A stretch of 64,000 nucleotides of DNA, taken from assembly GCA_037135035.1 (NCBI GenBank), contig JBAXLB010000001.1, forward strand, positions 23,102-87,101, read 5' to 3'. Numbering within the stretch: position 1 is the first letter of the stretch; each line of letters opens with the position of its first letter. The notes beneath the pieces were generated by a model. That model saw only the letters and a program-made list of their open reading frames with translations. It did no database searches and was not told where the DNA came from. Shown piece by piece: positions 39,976 through 49,330 of this stretch. The translations under genes and the position numbers were made by a program. Source of the DNA: Candidatus Adlerbacteria bacterium (GTDB lineage: Bacteria > Patescibacteriota > Minisyncoccia > Phycocordibacterales > SBAW01).

Positions 39976-41258
39976 CCCCACTTTCTCGTGCACTGCAATT
40001 TGCAATTTTAAATCCGTATTCGGATTTTTATCGCCGTAAGTATGGCAGTGAGTACAAAACATATATAGAAAAAGATCTTGCTGACATCCCCTTGCTGACA
40101 CGGGAGGAAATAGATGTAACTCCTTTTTTTGACCGCATTTTTATCCCAAAGGAAATGATACATTTTGTGCGGGCAACGTCCGGGTCATCGGGGCGGGGAG
40201 TTATTGCGTTCCCGCTTGCAGAAGAGCCAGAGCTAATGCGCTACCGGAAGTCGCTTGGCTTTAGCGGGGAAGAAGCACTTGCGGGCCGTTTTTTTGGACC
40301 CTATTTTAAAAAAGAAGATACGTATTCTATTCTCATATATTCGCCGTCAAATGCTGTGCACGAAACATATGTAGTAGAGGAGGGTGGGCACGTCGCAGTG
40401 TCGGGCGACTATCGCGACCAAGAAAAAACATTTGCGCTTGCCGAAGCTGCAGGAGTCGACTCGATGTATTCGTTTCCTTCACCTCTTGCAGGTGTCGGAC
40501 ACTATGTCGCAGGGGGGCCGCTTGCTGCGCGTATGCGCCTTATTGTTTTGATGGGTGAGCGCGTGACAGAGCCGCTGCGTAGAGAATTAGTTGAGACATT
40601 TCCACATGCAACTATTGCTGCCGTCTACGCTACCGTAGACGCCCATGGCACTGTTGCATATACCTGCCCGAGCCACCTGACCACTGCACCAAACTATATG
40701 CACGTATTCCCAACGTACCAGCTAGAACTTGTCGACCCAGAAACCGGCCATGTAGTTCCGCAGGTGGAGGGTGCTGAAGGCGAAGTGGTGATAACAGCAC
40801 TGACACCGATGGCGTTTTCTCTTGTGCGCTACCGCACGGGTGACTACGCCGTGGTGCGCCAGCACGGGATCTGTTCGTGTGGTAGTACAGATCCTGTGTT
40901 TGAAATACTCGGCCGTGTTGGCTTAGACAGGATAAAACTCCTGCCGTACGGAGGTATAAGTAGTGCCGCACTTGAAGAAGCAGTGCTAAGGCTCTCATAT
41001 AAAGTTACAGACTTTACTGCTGCGTGGGACGAGCGTATAAAACCACCAAGCCTCTCGGTAGTTCTATATACCGACACTGCCCCGGCTGATACCACTACAG
41101 AGCTGCTCGGCCCTGCTATCCAGGTAAGCTCTACGCGAACATATGCCGACCTTGTAGAGCTCGGTGTTGTTGCACCACTTGTATGTACTGTGGAGCCGGT
41201 AGAAGTATTGCGCACATTACCAACAGACAAACGCAAACGACTTCAAGTATCTAGATAG
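39972..41258 (+). CDS. Phenylacetate-CoA ligase (PaaK)-like adenylate-forming enzyme
   Basis: TSGSSG loop, MGE, YATVD, GEVVITAL, RYRTGD, CSCG and GR motifs. Confidence 0.85.
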   Translation: MTPLSRALQFAILNPYSDFYRRKYGSEYKTYIEKDLADIPLLTREEIDVTPFFDRIFIPKEMIHFVRATSGSSGRGVIAFPLAEEPELMRYRKSLGFSGEEALAGRFFGPYFKKEDTYSILIYSPSNAVHETYVVEEGGHVAVSGDYRDQEKTFALAEAAGVDSMYSFPSPLAGVGHYVAGGPLAARMRLIVLMGERVTEPLRRELVETFPHATIAAVYATVDAHGTVAYTCPSHLTTAPNYMHVFPTYQLELVDPETGHVVPQVEGAEGEVVITALTPMAFSLVRYRTGDYAVVRQHGICSCGSTDPVFEILGRVGLDRIKLLPYGGISSAALEEAVLRLSYKVTDFTAAWDERIKPPSLSVVLYTDTAPADTTTELLGPAIQVSSTRTYADLVELGVVAPLVCTVEPVEVLRTLPTDKRKRLQVSR

Positions 41259-42875
41259 TTAGTGCATACGCGCACGAACATATTCTGCACGTTTTTGTTG
41301 TAGTTGTGTAAGTGGCGGGACAAGTACTCGTGCGCGCGCAGGAATGTCTCGTGTAAGTAATGTGCGGATATCGGAAAACGCAGGTTCAGTGTCGCGTATC
41401 TGCATATACGAAACATACGGTACTCCCTGTCCTTTTGATATCTGGTCGGCGGGCGTTGCTCTTTGTGTAGTTAAAGGTTCTGGTGTGGGAGAAATAGTTT
41501 TGTTGTTGAGCGCATAGAGCTGCGACAAGCCGCCACGGGAGATAAAGTACACAAGTGTTGGGCTTGACTGCAGGTTGTAGATAATAGAGCCGCCAATTTG
41601 GAGGTCGTCAAAATATCCAACCGTGCCAGCAAAATCAGCACTGTTTGTCTCGGCTTCTGTTACAAGTTCTATAAGCCGCAGAACTTCTGTTTGTCCGCCG
41701 AGCCTCTCTGTAAGTATGTTCTTAGATGTGCCGCGAACAGTTTCTGTCGCCGCCCTAATAAATGCATAGTATGCAGTGTCTGTAAGGAAAGGCGCTTCTG
41801 TAAAGTTTTTTTGTGCACTCACTAAAGTTTCGAAAAGGGGAGAGGTAGGTGCCGTAGGTGTAAATGGATTCTGTCTCAGCGTATCGTATGCACGTTGTAT
41901 AGTTACTGTTTTCCCAAAATCTATACCTGCGTCGGGGCACAAGTATGCGCGGAATGGTTGGTAGGTAAAAGAGTCGCCCTCTTTTCGAAGTGCTGCATAA
42001 AAAGGTTGTGTGCTGGTTCGTACATCTTCAAAATATAAGTCACTCAAATAGACCGCCTGTGTCGTCGGTAAGTTTGAAAGTCGCGACACTCCTCCAACAA
42101 CTGCAAAAAAAGCAGGTGAGTCGGTAAAGCAGGAAGACTGTGCAAGCGAAATAAGAGGTCGAGTACCAATAGATGGATAGGCAACTGTAAGTGCGTCACG
42201 GTTTTCTAGCACGCTGCTGAGAACGCTTTCGGTGGGGGGCAGATTTTGGCCGACATCGTGCGGTCCAAATTGCAGCTGTAATTTTGTCAGCGACTCGCAG
42301 GCTCCGGCTGTACCGTCAAAACATGCGAACCGAGCCTTTTCTTTTTCTTCTGCTCTTGTGTCTGTCAGGAGTGTGTCTGCGAGCACATTTCGTATATGAG
42401 TAGCTGTTGTTCGTCCGCTAAACAATTCATATTGCGAGCCCGACATGTCGCGGGCGAGCAGGGCGACAGCATCTTCTAGGTCTTTCTTGTGTGCCGCAAT
42501 AAGTGAGAGAAGTAGTGTGTGATACAACGTAGCATGTTCCAGCGTTGGCTCTGCAAGCATCTGCCTCCTAGCCTCTTCTGTTTGTGGGAGTAGATCTAAA
42601 AAACGAAATGGGTATATATGGTCTCGCACATAGGCACCTTCTGGAAAGGCAGGAAGTGCTACAGAGGCAGATATTTTAAATGCTGCTATTTGGGTTTTTA
42701 GGTCTGCTGTTTCAAACCCTGGAAATGCAAACAGTGGGTCAAGTGCATGGGCTTCTGCATATGCTGCGGGGTTTCCAACTGACATCTTCATCTCACGGAG
42801 GCGCGCCAGGCTGCCTATGCTGGCAAGCAGGACCAACATAATCAAGCATAGTCCTGCCATTTTGAGGTTTTGCAT
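41259..42875 (-). CDS. Membrane-anchored hypothetical protein
   Basis: 538-aa ORF from ATG 42875 with N-terminal hydrophobic segment; no recognised motif. Confidence 0.65.
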   Translation of the reverse strand: MQNLKMAGLCLIMLVLLASIGSLARLREMKMSVGNPAAYAEAHALDPLFAFPGFETADLKTQIAAFKISASVALPAFPEGAYVRDHIYPFRFLDLLPQTEEARRQMLAEPTLEHATLYHTLLLSLIAAHKKDLEDAVALLARDMSGSQYELFSGRTTATHIRNVLADTLLTDTRAEEKEKARFACFDGTAGACESLTKLQLQFGPHDVGQNLPPTESVLSSVLENRDALTVAYPSIGTRPLISLAQSSCFTDSPAFFAVVGGVSRLSNLPTTQAVYLSDLYFEDVRTSTQPFYAALRKEGDSFTYQPFRAYLCPDAGIDFGKTVTIQRAYDTLRQNPFTPTAPTSPLFETLVSAQKNFTEAPFLTDTAYYAFIRAATETVRGTSKNILTERLGGQTEVLRLIELVTEAETNSADFAGTVGYFDDLQIGGSIIYNLQSSPTLVYFISRGGLSQLYALNNKTISPTPEPLTTQRATPADQISKGQGVPYVSYMQIRDTEPAFSDIRTLLTRDIPARARVLVPPLTQLQQKRAEYVRARMH

Positions 42876-42883
42876 TGCCGTCA

Positions 42884-42891
42884 AGTATACT
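42884..42891. promoter_or_regulatory. Palindromic bidirectional -10 element
   Basis: AGTATACT, 7 and 8 nt from the divergent ATGs at 42899 and 42875. Confidence 0.6.
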
Positions 42892-42898
42892 AAATAGT

Positions 42899-44053
42899 AT
42901 GCAGGTTTCCACGAAACTGCGGCGCATGTTGCCAAAACTCATCCCACTTTTTTTGCTGTGTACAATTGTTGGATACGCATACTATGTACGTATGGCGACT
43001 CCATATCCGGAAGTGACTGAGATAGCACATCATGAAAGTACTTTTAATGAATTAAATGCATATTTTAAAGATATTGCAGTAAAAAAGGGCGCGCTGTATG
43101 CGTTTGAAATATTACGTCGTGCGCCTTTACCACCCCAAACAGACATTCACTTGCTTGGGCACACAGTTGGGGACGAGCTGTATAAACAATATGGCAAAGA
43201 TGCAATTCAATACTGTACGAATGAATTTCGCAATGCTTGCTCACACACAGTTGTAGTTGGTCTGTTGCTCGACTATGGTGAAAAAGCTCTAGACGATATT
43301 TCAGAATCCTGCAAAAAAGCTCCGGGAGGTATAGGTGCGTACACGATGTGCTTCCATGGTCTTGGGCACGGTGTGCTTGCGTACGAAAATTACAACTTAG
43401 AAAAAACAATAACGCTCTGTAAAAAGGTGGGCACTAAAGCAGCGGGTTTTGAAGAATATCCACAGTGTGTTGGCGGTGCTATTATGGAATTAATTTCCGG
43501 TGGAGGCCACAGTCCTGAAGTGTGGAGTACGATGCGCCCACAGTATTTGACCACTGCCGACCCTCTCTCTCCTTGCGACAAGCCGTATATGCCAAAAGAA
43601 GTTCGCGCTTTTTGTTATATCTACATCACACCACATTTAATTGAGGCTGCAGGCGGTGACAAAAATCACCCTGACCCTGCGGTATTTCCGAAAGCCTTTT
43701 CACTGTGTCGTGCACTTCCAGTGGGCGACCACGACCGCGACGTGTGTATAGGGTCGTTCGGAAAAGAATTTATTTGGTGGGCACGGCAGAGCGATGCGCG
43801 CGATATTACTACACTGACCGACGAGGAGCTCGGACGTATGGCATTGTGGTGCTCACGTTCTGGTAATGCGCATGACACAACACTATGTCTTGAAAGTATA
43901 CAAGATTCTCTCTATTGGGGTGGAGAAAATGATCCAAAAATTTCCGTACATTTCTGCGCACTTCTTGGTGTACAAGACCCGGCAGCAGAACGCTCGTGCG
44001 CTTCGTATTTACAGGTCCTTACTGACAGATATACACCCCACACATCAAAATGA
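42899..44053 (+). CDS. Exported Cys/His-motif protein (paralog 5)
   Basis: HLLGHTVG, ACSH, CFHGLGHG, CVGGAIME. Confidence 0.7.
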   Translation: MQVSTKLRRMLPKLIPLFLLCTIVGYAYYVRMATPYPEVTEIAHHESTFNELNAYFKDIAVKKGALYAFEILRRAPLPPQTDIHLLGHTVGDELYKQYGKDAIQYCTNEFRNACSHTVVVGLLLDYGEKALDDISESCKKAPGGIGAYTMCFHGLGHGVLAYENYNLEKTITLCKKVGTKAAGFEEYPQCVGGAIMELISGGGHSPEVWSTMRPQYLTTADPLSPCDKPYMPKEVRAFCYIYITPHLIEAAGGDKNHPDPAVFPKAFSLCRALPVGDHDRDVCIGSFGKEFIWWARQSDARDITTLTDEELGRMALWCSRSGNAHDTTLCLESIQDSLYWGGENDPKISVHFCALLGVQDPAAERSCASYLQVLTDRYTPHTSK

Positions 44054-45117
44054 AGTACCCGCTGGGCTACCATAGTGCTGCCCTACTCTGCATAGCACTG
44101 GTTCTTGGAAGTATTGTTGTTTCGCACATGCGCACAAGCTCCTTGAAGGTGCCTGTGTTTGCGTTGTATACCAATGAAGGCTTTAGAGAGGCAGGGGCAT
44201 TTTGGAAAGGAGAAATAGCGCGAGCAGGTGGCAAAAAAGCCTATACAGAATTTCTTCGGACGTACGCAAGTTCGACACCCGGAGACCAGCACACAATGGC
44301 GCATATTTTTGGAGGCAGTTTATATGCGCAGGAAGGAGTGGCGGGACTTTCTGCCTGTGACGACTCGTTTGCGTACGGTTGTTTCCACGAATTTTTAGGG
44401 CGCGCTATACAACAGGAAGGTCTTACTATTGTTGGGACGCTCAACGAGGCTTGCTTTAAAGCACTGGGTCCCGGGAAAGCACTTTCCTGTACTCACGGTC
44501 TTGGACATGGTATCGAGTCGTATCTTGGATACACAGACGACGCGTTGATACAAAGCCTTGATGTATGTAAGAAACTTGCAAACAGTGACCCTATTGGTGG
44601 CTGTCCAGGAGGAGTTTTTATGGAATTTAATATGCGCACTATGCATTCGTTTTCTGGCATGCCGCCACGGAGTGTTGAACCAGAAGGTCTACAGTATCCG
44701 TGCAGTATATTTACGGGCGGTGATGCGGAGGTTTGCTATTATTGGCAGCCGCAATGGTGGTATCAGACTTTTAAAAGTGAAGGAAAGAGCTCTAGGGACA
44801 TAGTTGCTCGTATAGGAGCATTATGTAGTGGCACAGCAATGAGTGTGCATACAAAATGTTTTCAAGGAGTAGGTACTATTGTTGCTATGGCTGCAGACTA
44901 TGACGTTGCAGAAACAATCAGGCTATGTACTCTTGCGTCTGCGCGCAACGATGAGCGAAGCCCCTGTAGAGTAACTGCCGCCGACTCTTTTTTTGCGGAG
45001 GTGTCCGCTCGCAGTCGCGCTCGAGGCTTGTGTGTAGGTCTCGTTGAGCCATGGTACACAATGTGTGGCAAGGCAGCTTCAGGTAGGTCAGAAGTACCTC
45101 CTGCGGGTCGCGACTAA
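44050..45117 (+). CDS. Exported Cys/His-motif protein (paralog 6)
   Basis: HTMAHIFG, GCFHE, CTHGLGHG, CPGGVFME. Confidence 0.7.
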   Translation: MKYPLGYHSAALLCIALVLGSIVVSHMRTSSLKVPVFALYTNEGFREAGAFWKGEIARAGGKKAYTEFLRTYASSTPGDQHTMAHIFGGSLYAQEGVAGLSACDDSFAYGCFHEFLGRAIQQEGLTIVGTLNEACFKALGPGKALSCTHGLGHGIESYLGYTDDALIQSLDVCKKLANSDPIGGCPGGVFMEFNMRTMHSFSGMPPRSVEPEGLQYPCSIFTGGDAEVCYYWQPQWWYQTFKSEGKSSRDIVARIGALCSGTAMSVHTKCFQGVGTIVAMAADYDVAETIRLCTLASARNDERSPCRVTAADSFFAEVSARSRARGLCVGLVEPWYTMCGKAASGRSEVPPAGRD

Positions 45118-45122
45118 ATACT

Positions 45123-46346
45123 ATGAATACGCAGAGAAAAAATAATAGGTGGGCGCATGTTGCAGCGACAGTCTTGGTAGGTTTGTTGGCGTTGTTTCTT
45201 GTTGTTTCTGCAAACGCTGGGCTGTCCCGGTCACTAGCTCGCACGACAGCCACATTTTTTGTTTGGTATTGTGCACAGAAGCCAGACAGTGCCGGATGCT
45301 ACGAACGCACCGTGCCGCGTCTTTTATATGTAGTCCCTGTTACAGATGTGTTTTCGGTCATACGTGAAATTCAAACGCAAGATACCTCGTATCGTTTTTG
45401 CCACGTGCTTGCGCACAACATAGGACAAGACGAAGTTGCTAGGGACACGGGTGCATGGGTGAGCTTGATGCATAAAAACCCACCGGACAGTGTGTGTTCT
45501 AACGGGTATATCCACGGCATTATTGTTGGTAGGTTCCATGCGGCGGAGCTACCTCCCGAACAAATTGATGCAATTGAGCCTGACCTGGCCCGGGCATGCG
45601 AACCTGCTGCCGATTGGAGCCCGACAAACCTCGACAAAGCAATGTGTTACCACGGCATGGGGCACGTGCTCACGTTTATAACGGGTGCCGACATGCCTCG
45701 AGCAGTTTCGTACTGTAAAAAAATAGCCATAAAAACTAATGGCGAAGACTATAGTCAAACGTGTATCTCTGGCGTGTTTATGCAAATTTTCCAACCGCTT
45801 GAACCAGAAGACTACGAACTTATCGAGAGACTTCCGGCCAAACCCACGCGCGACACACTTGCGCAATTTTGCGGTGCGTACAAAACAGAAGAAGAGCGCA
45901 GTTTATGTTTTGGTGAAGGATGGCCACTGTTCCGTGACGACTTAAAAACTGCTGCGGGTGTACAAGCATTTTGTACAACAGTAAAAGACTCCGCAACACA
46001 AACAAATTGCTACCGCACCGCACTTACTATTGGTGCGCGGACGTCGCTTGGGCAGCCAGAAAAACAAATGGCAGTTTGCAGTGCTTTGCCAGGAGCACTT
46101 GGGCAGGAATGTTTTGGCATCCTTGCCGAGGCATTTGTCGAAGAAGACAGAACACAAGGCCCGGCCGCTGCAGCTATCTGTACACATGCAGGGGAGCAGT
46201 ACTCGGAGAGTTGTTTTGGATATCTGGCAAACCTTGCAAACTTTACATTTGGAAGTGATACAGTGAACAGAGAGAAGCTCTGCGCCGTCTTGCCCGAGAG
46301 CATGCGGCAACAGTGCGCAAAGAACAATTCGTCTACCACGTTATGA
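45123..46346 (+). CDS. Exported Cys/His-motif protein (paralog 7)
   Basis: CHVLAHNIG, CSNGYIHG, CYHGMGH, CISGVFMQ. Confidence 0.7.
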   Translation: MNTQRKNNRWAHVAATVLVGLLALFLVVSANAGLSRSLARTTATFFVWYCAQKPDSAGCYERTVPRLLYVVPVTDVFSVIREIQTQDTSYRFCHVLAHNIGQDEVARDTGAWVSLMHKNPPDSVCSNGYIHGIIVGRFHAAELPPEQIDAIEPDLARACEPAADWSPTNLDKAMCYHGMGHVLTFITGADMPRAVSYCKKIAIKTNGEDYSQTCISGVFMQIFQPLEPEDYELIERLPAKPTRDTLAQFCGAYKTEEERSLCFGEGWPLFRDDLKTAAGVQAFCTTVKDSATQTNCYRTALTIGARTSLGQPEKQMAVCSALPGALGQECFGILAEAFVEEDRTQGPAAAAICTHAGEQYSESCFGYLANLANFTFGSDTVNREKLCAVLPESMRQQCAKNNSSTTL

Positions 46347-46864
46347 AAAAGTTTTTACTTCTAAGTATTACGCTGCTATTGGTACCTTTGGGTGTGTTTG
46401 CTCATACAACCGGCAAAAGTGTAGAGCAAACCGTAGGAAAGTACTTACTAGACGTGGGCTATAACCCGGACCCAGTTGTTGCGGGGGACTCTACCTATTT
46501 TGATTTTAAAATATATCAAAACGGCCCTACACCGGGTGACGCACCGTACCGCAATGTATGGGTACGTATCTACCAAGACAATGTCACGTTGTTTGCAGCC
46601 GGCATTGCGCATATGGAGACTGGCCCAACAGGGCTTGTGTATACGTTTGCAGCGCCCGGCGTGTACAGCGTTTCGGTGCGATACGAAACAGCTGACGATA
46701 CGCTAGGCGAGGCAACATTTCAAATACCTGTTGCTGCTGGAGAAACGACAGCATATCTATGGCTCTGGTATATAGCTTCGGGTGCAGTTGGTTTTTGTAT
46801 GGGGGCCTCAGCTTTGTATGTGTATGCGAGGAAAAAGAAGCGCTGGGAGCGTGGTATTCTGTAA
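46343..46864 (+). CDS. Secreted Ig-like protein with C-terminal TM anchor (YtkA/CopC-like)
   Basis: Signal VFA followed by His at mature position 1; YTFAAPGVYSVSVRY; C-terminal TM plus RKKKR. Confidence 0.55.
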   Translation: MKKFLLLSITLLLVPLGVFAHTTGKSVEQTVGKYLLDVGYNPDPVVAGDSTYFDFKIYQNGPTPGDAPYRNVWVRIYQDNVTLFAAGIAHMETGPTGLVYTFAAPGVYSVSVRYETADDTLGEATFQIPVAAGETTAYLWLWYIASGAVGFCMGASALYVYARKKKRWERGIL

Positions 46865-46867
46865 GAT

Positions 46868-47818
46868 ATGTCGTGGTGGAAATTTGTAAAATACAATAAC
46901 GCGGTACCTATCATTATCTCTCTATTGGTGCTTTCTGCAGGTTCAGCATTTGCTGCAAGTCCTGCAATTCGTTCCGACGTTGCTGCAGGGGTGTTGTCGT
47001 CGGAAACTAAAGTTCTGTCAGTCGACAATACCTACTTAGCACATAAAGATCTTTCCTCGTATACTCCTCGCGTAACCATTTTGGCAGTAAGTGAAGATGA
47101 TGATTTTTATTATGTCGGCTACTCCCTGTCTACTATCGACGTTAAAGACTCTGTGTGGCAAGACACCACAAAAAATGAAACGTTGAAAGTTCAAAAAACG
47201 GTATTGGAAGGAAAAGACTTAGGGATATATGTCACCCACGAACTAGTACAGCGCATTGCGCACGAGGTAGATATTTTGCGCGAAACACAGCAAATAGAAA
47301 AAGCGCAAGTTTCTCAAAAAGTTGTTGCAACAAGCTACGGAGGTCTGGTGGGCAAATTCCTCGATGACACGACGGAGACATTGCCGGGGTACGTGCCTGT
47401 TGTCGATGAAACTGTTTCCGCAGCACCCACTAGCTCGGGCAGCACTTCGTCTGGAGACTCGCCAAGCACAGCCCCTGCGCCTCAAACCGGGGGAGGAGGA
47501 GCGCCGACACTGCAAATACTCGGCAACAATCCAGCACAGCTTAGCGTTGGTGACTCATATATAGACCTGGGCGCCGTTGCAACAGACAATGTTGGACACG
47601 AACTTGGCTACACGCTCTACCTCGACGGCACCAAAGTGTACGAAATTCAAATTAACACCAAAGCATACGGCGTACATACTATAAAATACGTTACTGTAGA
47701 CAGTGCAGGAAACACGACAGAGGCAACTCGTACAGTTGTTGTAGGTACACCTCCACCCGTTGTGCCGGATGCGTCTTCGCCCCCTGCCACCGCAAGCTCT
47801 TCTGAAAGTAGCCTGTAG
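46868..47818 (+). CDS. Secreted protein with C-terminal Ig-like domain (DUF5011-like)
   Basis: PTLQILGNNPAQLSVGDSYIDLGAVATDN...IKYVTVDSAGNTTEATRTVVV. Confidence 0.75.
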   Translation: MSWWKFVKYNNAVPIIISLLVLSAGSAFAASPAIRSDVAAGVLSSETKVLSVDNTYLAHKDLSSYTPRVTILAVSEDDDFYYVGYSLSTIDVKDSVWQDTTKNETLKVQKTVLEGKDLGIYVTHELVQRIAHEVDILRETQQIEKAQVSQKVVATSYGGLVGKFLDDTTETLPGYVPVVDETVSAAPTSSGSTSSGDSPSTAPAPQTGGGGAPTLQILGNNPAQLSVGDSYIDLGAVATDNVGHELGYTLYLDGTKVYEIQINTKAYGVHTIKYVTVDSAGNTTEATRTVVVGTPPPVVPDASSPPATASSSESSL

Positions 47819-47841
47819 TCCGAGTCTGGTATACTCGTAGT

Positions 47842-48882
47842 ATGGCAATAAAAATAGCAATTAACGGGTTTGGGCGTATTGGACGAGCGTTTATGCGGGT
47901 TGTGCAGGAGCATCCGGAACTAGAAGTGGTAGCAGTCAACGACTTGAGCGATGCCGAAAATTTGGCGTATTTGTTGACACATGACAGCGTCTACGGGCAG
48001 GCAAAATTTCCTGTTGCTACAGAAAACGGCGCACTTGTTGTCGGCGGTACAAAAATTCCTGTCTACGCGGAAGCTGACCCAAGTAACCTCCCATGGAAAG
48101 ACTTAGATATTGATATTGTTGTTGAAAGTACGGGGTTTTTTACAAGTTATGAAAAAGCAAAAGTACATATAGCTGCGGGGGCTAAACGTGTAGTTATCAC
48201 CGCACCTGTTAAAGACGATGCGCCCGAAGGCCTTGCGGGCGCGACTATACTTGTTGGAATTAACGACGATAAATTTGAGACGTCTATTATTACGTCAAAC
48301 GCGTCGTGTACCACAAACGCATCGAGCCCGCTTATACAAATTTTGAACGAGGCTGTCGGAGTTGAAAAAGCAGTACTCTCCACTACCCACGCCTACACGG
48401 CGTCTCAAAACATAGTCGATGGACCAGTTAAAAAAGCAAAAGGTAAAGATGACTTCCGTGACGGACGTGCAGGTGCAGACAATATTGTGCCGTCTTCAAC
48501 CGGCGCGGCAATTGCGGTAACCAAAGCGCTGCCCGAACTTGCAGGTAAATTCGACGGCATTTCCTTGCGCGTGCCGGTTGTTGCAGGTTCTATTGCTGAC
48601 GTAACGTTTATCGCAAAGCGTCCTACAAGTGTGGAAGAGATAAACAATATTTTAACAAACGCTGCAGCAGACGAACGATGGAAACCGGTATTTGCAGTCA
48701 CGACCGAGCCGCTGGTTTCAAGCGACATCCTTGGGAACGCACATGCCTCTATTGCCGACCTGTCTCTCACTCGTGTTGTGGACGGCAACCTGGTCAAAGT
48801 ACTGGCGTGGTACGACAACGAAATGGGGTACACACATTCGCTTGTCGAACATGTAAAGCGCCTCGCGAAGCATATTAAATAG
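47842..48882 (+). CDS. gap: Glyceraldehyde-3-phosphate dehydrogenase
   Basis: INGFGRIGR, SNASCTTN and WYDNE motifs. Confidence 0.97.
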   Translation: MAIKIAINGFGRIGRAFMRVVQEHPELEVVAVNDLSDAENLAYLLTHDSVYGQAKFPVATENGALVVGGTKIPVYAEADPSNLPWKDLDIDIVVESTGFFTSYEKAKVHIAAGAKRVVITAPVKDDAPEGLAGATILVGINDDKFETSIITSNASCTTNASSPLIQILNEAVGVEKAVLSTTHAYTASQNIVDGPVKKAKGKDDFRDGRAGADNIVPSSTGAAIAVTKALPELAGKFDGISLRVPVVAGSIADVTFIAKRPTSVEEINNILTNAAADERWKPVFAVTTEPLVSSDILGNAHASIADLSLTRVVDGNLVKVLAWYDNEMGYTHSLVEHVKRLAKHIK

Positions 48883-48883
48883 T

Positions 48884-49330
48884 ATGCGCATCTATCTGGC
48901 GTCCGACCACGCGGGTTTTGAATTAAAAAATTCTCTAGCTTCTTTTTTGCATGAGAGGGGAGACGAGGTGCAAGATGTGGGTCCACATACGCGAGTAGAA
49001 GACGATGACTATCCAGACTATATAGTACCGCTTGCAAAAAAAGTTGCTGAAACACCCGGGAGTTTTGGTATTGCTGTTGGGGGCTCGGGCCAAGGGGAGG
49101 CAATGGCCGCCAACCGTGTAAAAGGAATAAGGGCGGCTGTGTATTACGGAAATAATCTCGATATTCTAAAGCTGTCACGTGAGCATAACGACACAAATAT
49201 TCTTTCTTTAGGTGCGCGATTTCTTTCTGACGAAGAAGCAAAAGAAGCTGTAGAGCTTTGGTTGAGCGTTCCCTTTAGTGGCGACGAGCGCCACGTGCGA
49301 CGTATAGCTAAACTCGACCAGCATGATTGA
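48884..49330 (+). CDS. rpiB: Ribose-5-phosphate isomerase B
   Basis: SDHAG, DYPD, GGSGQG, REHND and RHVRRI motifs. Confidence 0.93.
   Translation: MRIYLASDHAGFELKNSLASFLHERGDEVQDVGPHTRVEDDDYPDYIVPLAKKVAETPGSFGIAVGGSGQGEAMAANRVKGIRAAVYYGNNLDILKLSREHNDTNILSLGARFLSDEEAKEAVELWLSVPFSGDERHVRRIAKLDQHD

Noticed and set aside
39972-41258. Phenylacetate catabolism (paaK)
   Set aside because: No other paa genes in the window and the sequence is divergent; only a family-level call is supported
29404-46346. Multiheme c-type cytochromes (Cys/His-rich proteins, ccdA present)
   Set aside because: No CxxCH motif in any paralog; CcdA alone is a general thiol-reduction protein
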